A stretch of DNA of 64,000 nt from an uncultured Chloroflexia bacterium (lineage in GTDB: Bacteria; Chloroflexota; Limnocylindria; Limnocylindrales; CSP1-4), in NCBI GenBank assembly GCA_963712745.1, contig CAVQJC010000014.1:8141-72140 (forward strand). Reading direction: 5' to 3'. Shown here in pieces: positions 62,937 to 64,000 of this stretch. The first letter of the stretch is position 1; every line of letters begins with the position of its first letter. The position numbers and the translations under genes are program-made. The notes under the pieces were generated by a model, which worked only from the letters and a program-made list of their open reading frames with translations, had not been told where the DNA came from and did not search any database.

Positions 62937-63882
62937 GGCGCGCGGCCTCCTCGAGGGTCAGATACGGGGCCGCCTCGGCGGCGCTGATGGCGGCCTCGAC
63001 GTCGGCCTCGGCCGCGGCCGCGATGGCCGCCTGCTCGGCCTCGGTCAGGGCGCCCTCCTCGGCGAGGCGCCCCCCGAGGCTGGCGATGGGATCGCGCGCC
63101 TGCCAGGCCTCGAGCTCCCCGTCGGGACGGTACTTGGCGGGGTCGGAGCGGCTGTGGCCGCGGTAGCGGTACGTCTTCATCTCGAGCAGGCTCGGGCCGT
63201 CCCCCGCGCGGGCCCGGGCCACGGCCTCGGTGACCGCGGCATGGACGGCCTCGACATCCTGGCCGTCGACGATGCGCCCGGGCATGTCGTAGGGCTCGGC
63301 CCGCCGGGCGAGGTCGTCGATGGGCGTGGTCATGCGCACCGGGCTGTACTCGCCGTAGAGGTTGTTGGTGATGATGAAGACGACCGGGGCCGCCCAGACC
63401 GCGGCCATGTTCAGCGACTCGTGGAAGGTGCCGATGTTGGTGGCCCCGTCACCGGCGAAGGTGAGGGCCACGTGCGGCTCGGCCCGCAGCCGGAAGGCCA
63501 TGGCCGCCCCGACCGCGATGGGCAGGCCCGCGCCGACGATGGCGTTGGCCCCGATGTTGCCCTTGCTGGTGTCGATGAGGTGCATCGAGCCGCCGAGGCC
63601 CTTGGAGCCGCCGCTGGCCTTGCCCATGAGCTCGGCCATGGCCGTCTCGAAGGACATGCCCAGGGCCAGTGCCTCGCCGTGGCCGCGGTACGTGTTGGTC
63701 TGGACGTCCCCGGGTGCCATGGCCGCGATGGCCCCCACCGAGACCGCCTCCTGGCCCTGGCACAGATGGGTCGTGCCCTCGATGCGGCCGCTCAGGAAGA
63801 GCTGCTGGACCCGGTCCTCGAAGACGCGGATGCGGACCATCTGCCGGTACCACTCGAGCCGTGGGTCGTGGGGGTCGGGCAT
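62920..63882 (-). CDS. TPP-dependent dehydrogenase E1 alpha subunit (AcoA/PdhA-like)
   Basis: HLCQGQEA, GGSMH, GDGATN..NN, TYRYRGHS.SD. Confidence 0.93.
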   Translation of the reverse strand: MPDPHDPRLEWYRQMVRIRVFEDRVQQLFLSGRIEGTTHLCQGQEAVSVGAIAAMAPGDVQTNTYRGHGEALALGMSFETAMAELMGKASGGSKGLGGSMHLIDTSKGNIGANAIVGAGLPIAVGAAMAFRLRAEPHVALTFAGDGATNIGTFHESLNMAAVWAAPVVFIITNNLYGEYSPVRMTTPIDDLARRAEPYDMPGRIVDGQDVEAVHAAVTEAVARARAGDGPSLLEMKTYRYRGHSRSDPAKYRPDGELEAWQARDPIASLGGRLAEEGALTEAEQAAIAAAAEADVEAAISAAEAAPYLTLEEAARHVYAD

Positions 63883-63984
63883 CTAGGTCCTCCGTGGCCG
63901 GTGGGGTGGTGGGCGTCGGTGGGGTCGGGCGGTGGTGGTCATGGTCATACCTGGGGGCTTGACCTCGACGACGGTATCGCCTCG

Positions 63985-63998
63985 GTCAACCGGTTGAC
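63985..63998. promoter_or_regulatory. Perfect 14-bp palindrome, LacI-type operator candidate
   Basis: GTCAACCGGTTGAC about 100 bp upstream of E1 alpha. Confidence 0.55.
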
Positions 63999-64000
63999 TC

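Overview
A high-GC (roughly 70% by eye) bacterial chromosomal window with about 65 genes and one tRNA-Glu(CTC). Gene content and style suggest Chloroflexota or a related actinobacteria-like lineage (inference). About ten otherwise normal genes are split by single-base indels, most likely long-read consensus errors. Content from left to right: ugd, an ECF sigma with a putative anti-sigma partner, a NarL two-component system with a MacB-type ABC exporter, a GGDEF-EAL protein, vapBC, two Pat/Bar-like acetyltransferases, a fucose-isomerase-like protein, an orphan CpaE, GH15, a DUF1611 plus epimerase pair, a SIS/LacD/PfkB sugar module, an unusual sensor-like protein + sensor-fused MFS + orphan substrate-binding protein operon, lipA/E2/lpdA, plsY, nnrE, mutY, a class A PBP, ligD, a polar amino-acid ABC system, a corrinoid protein with DUF1638, and a TPP-dependent E1 alpha/beta pair. 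There is no CRISPR array or recognisable transposase. Best leads: (1) an XRE-HTH/PD-(D/E)XK gene lying antisense between lpdA and E2, with a 41-bp inverted repeat overlapping its 3' end, an adjacent 5x20-bp array, and a nearby 9x33-bp array sharing a motif with its promoter; (2) the ATPase-less sensor-MFS-SBP operon; (3) three internally deleted or truncated gene remnants; (4) phased DnaA-box-like and GTTAAC-like site clusters; (5) pervasive leaderless promoters. All family calls come from motif recognition, not from database searches.
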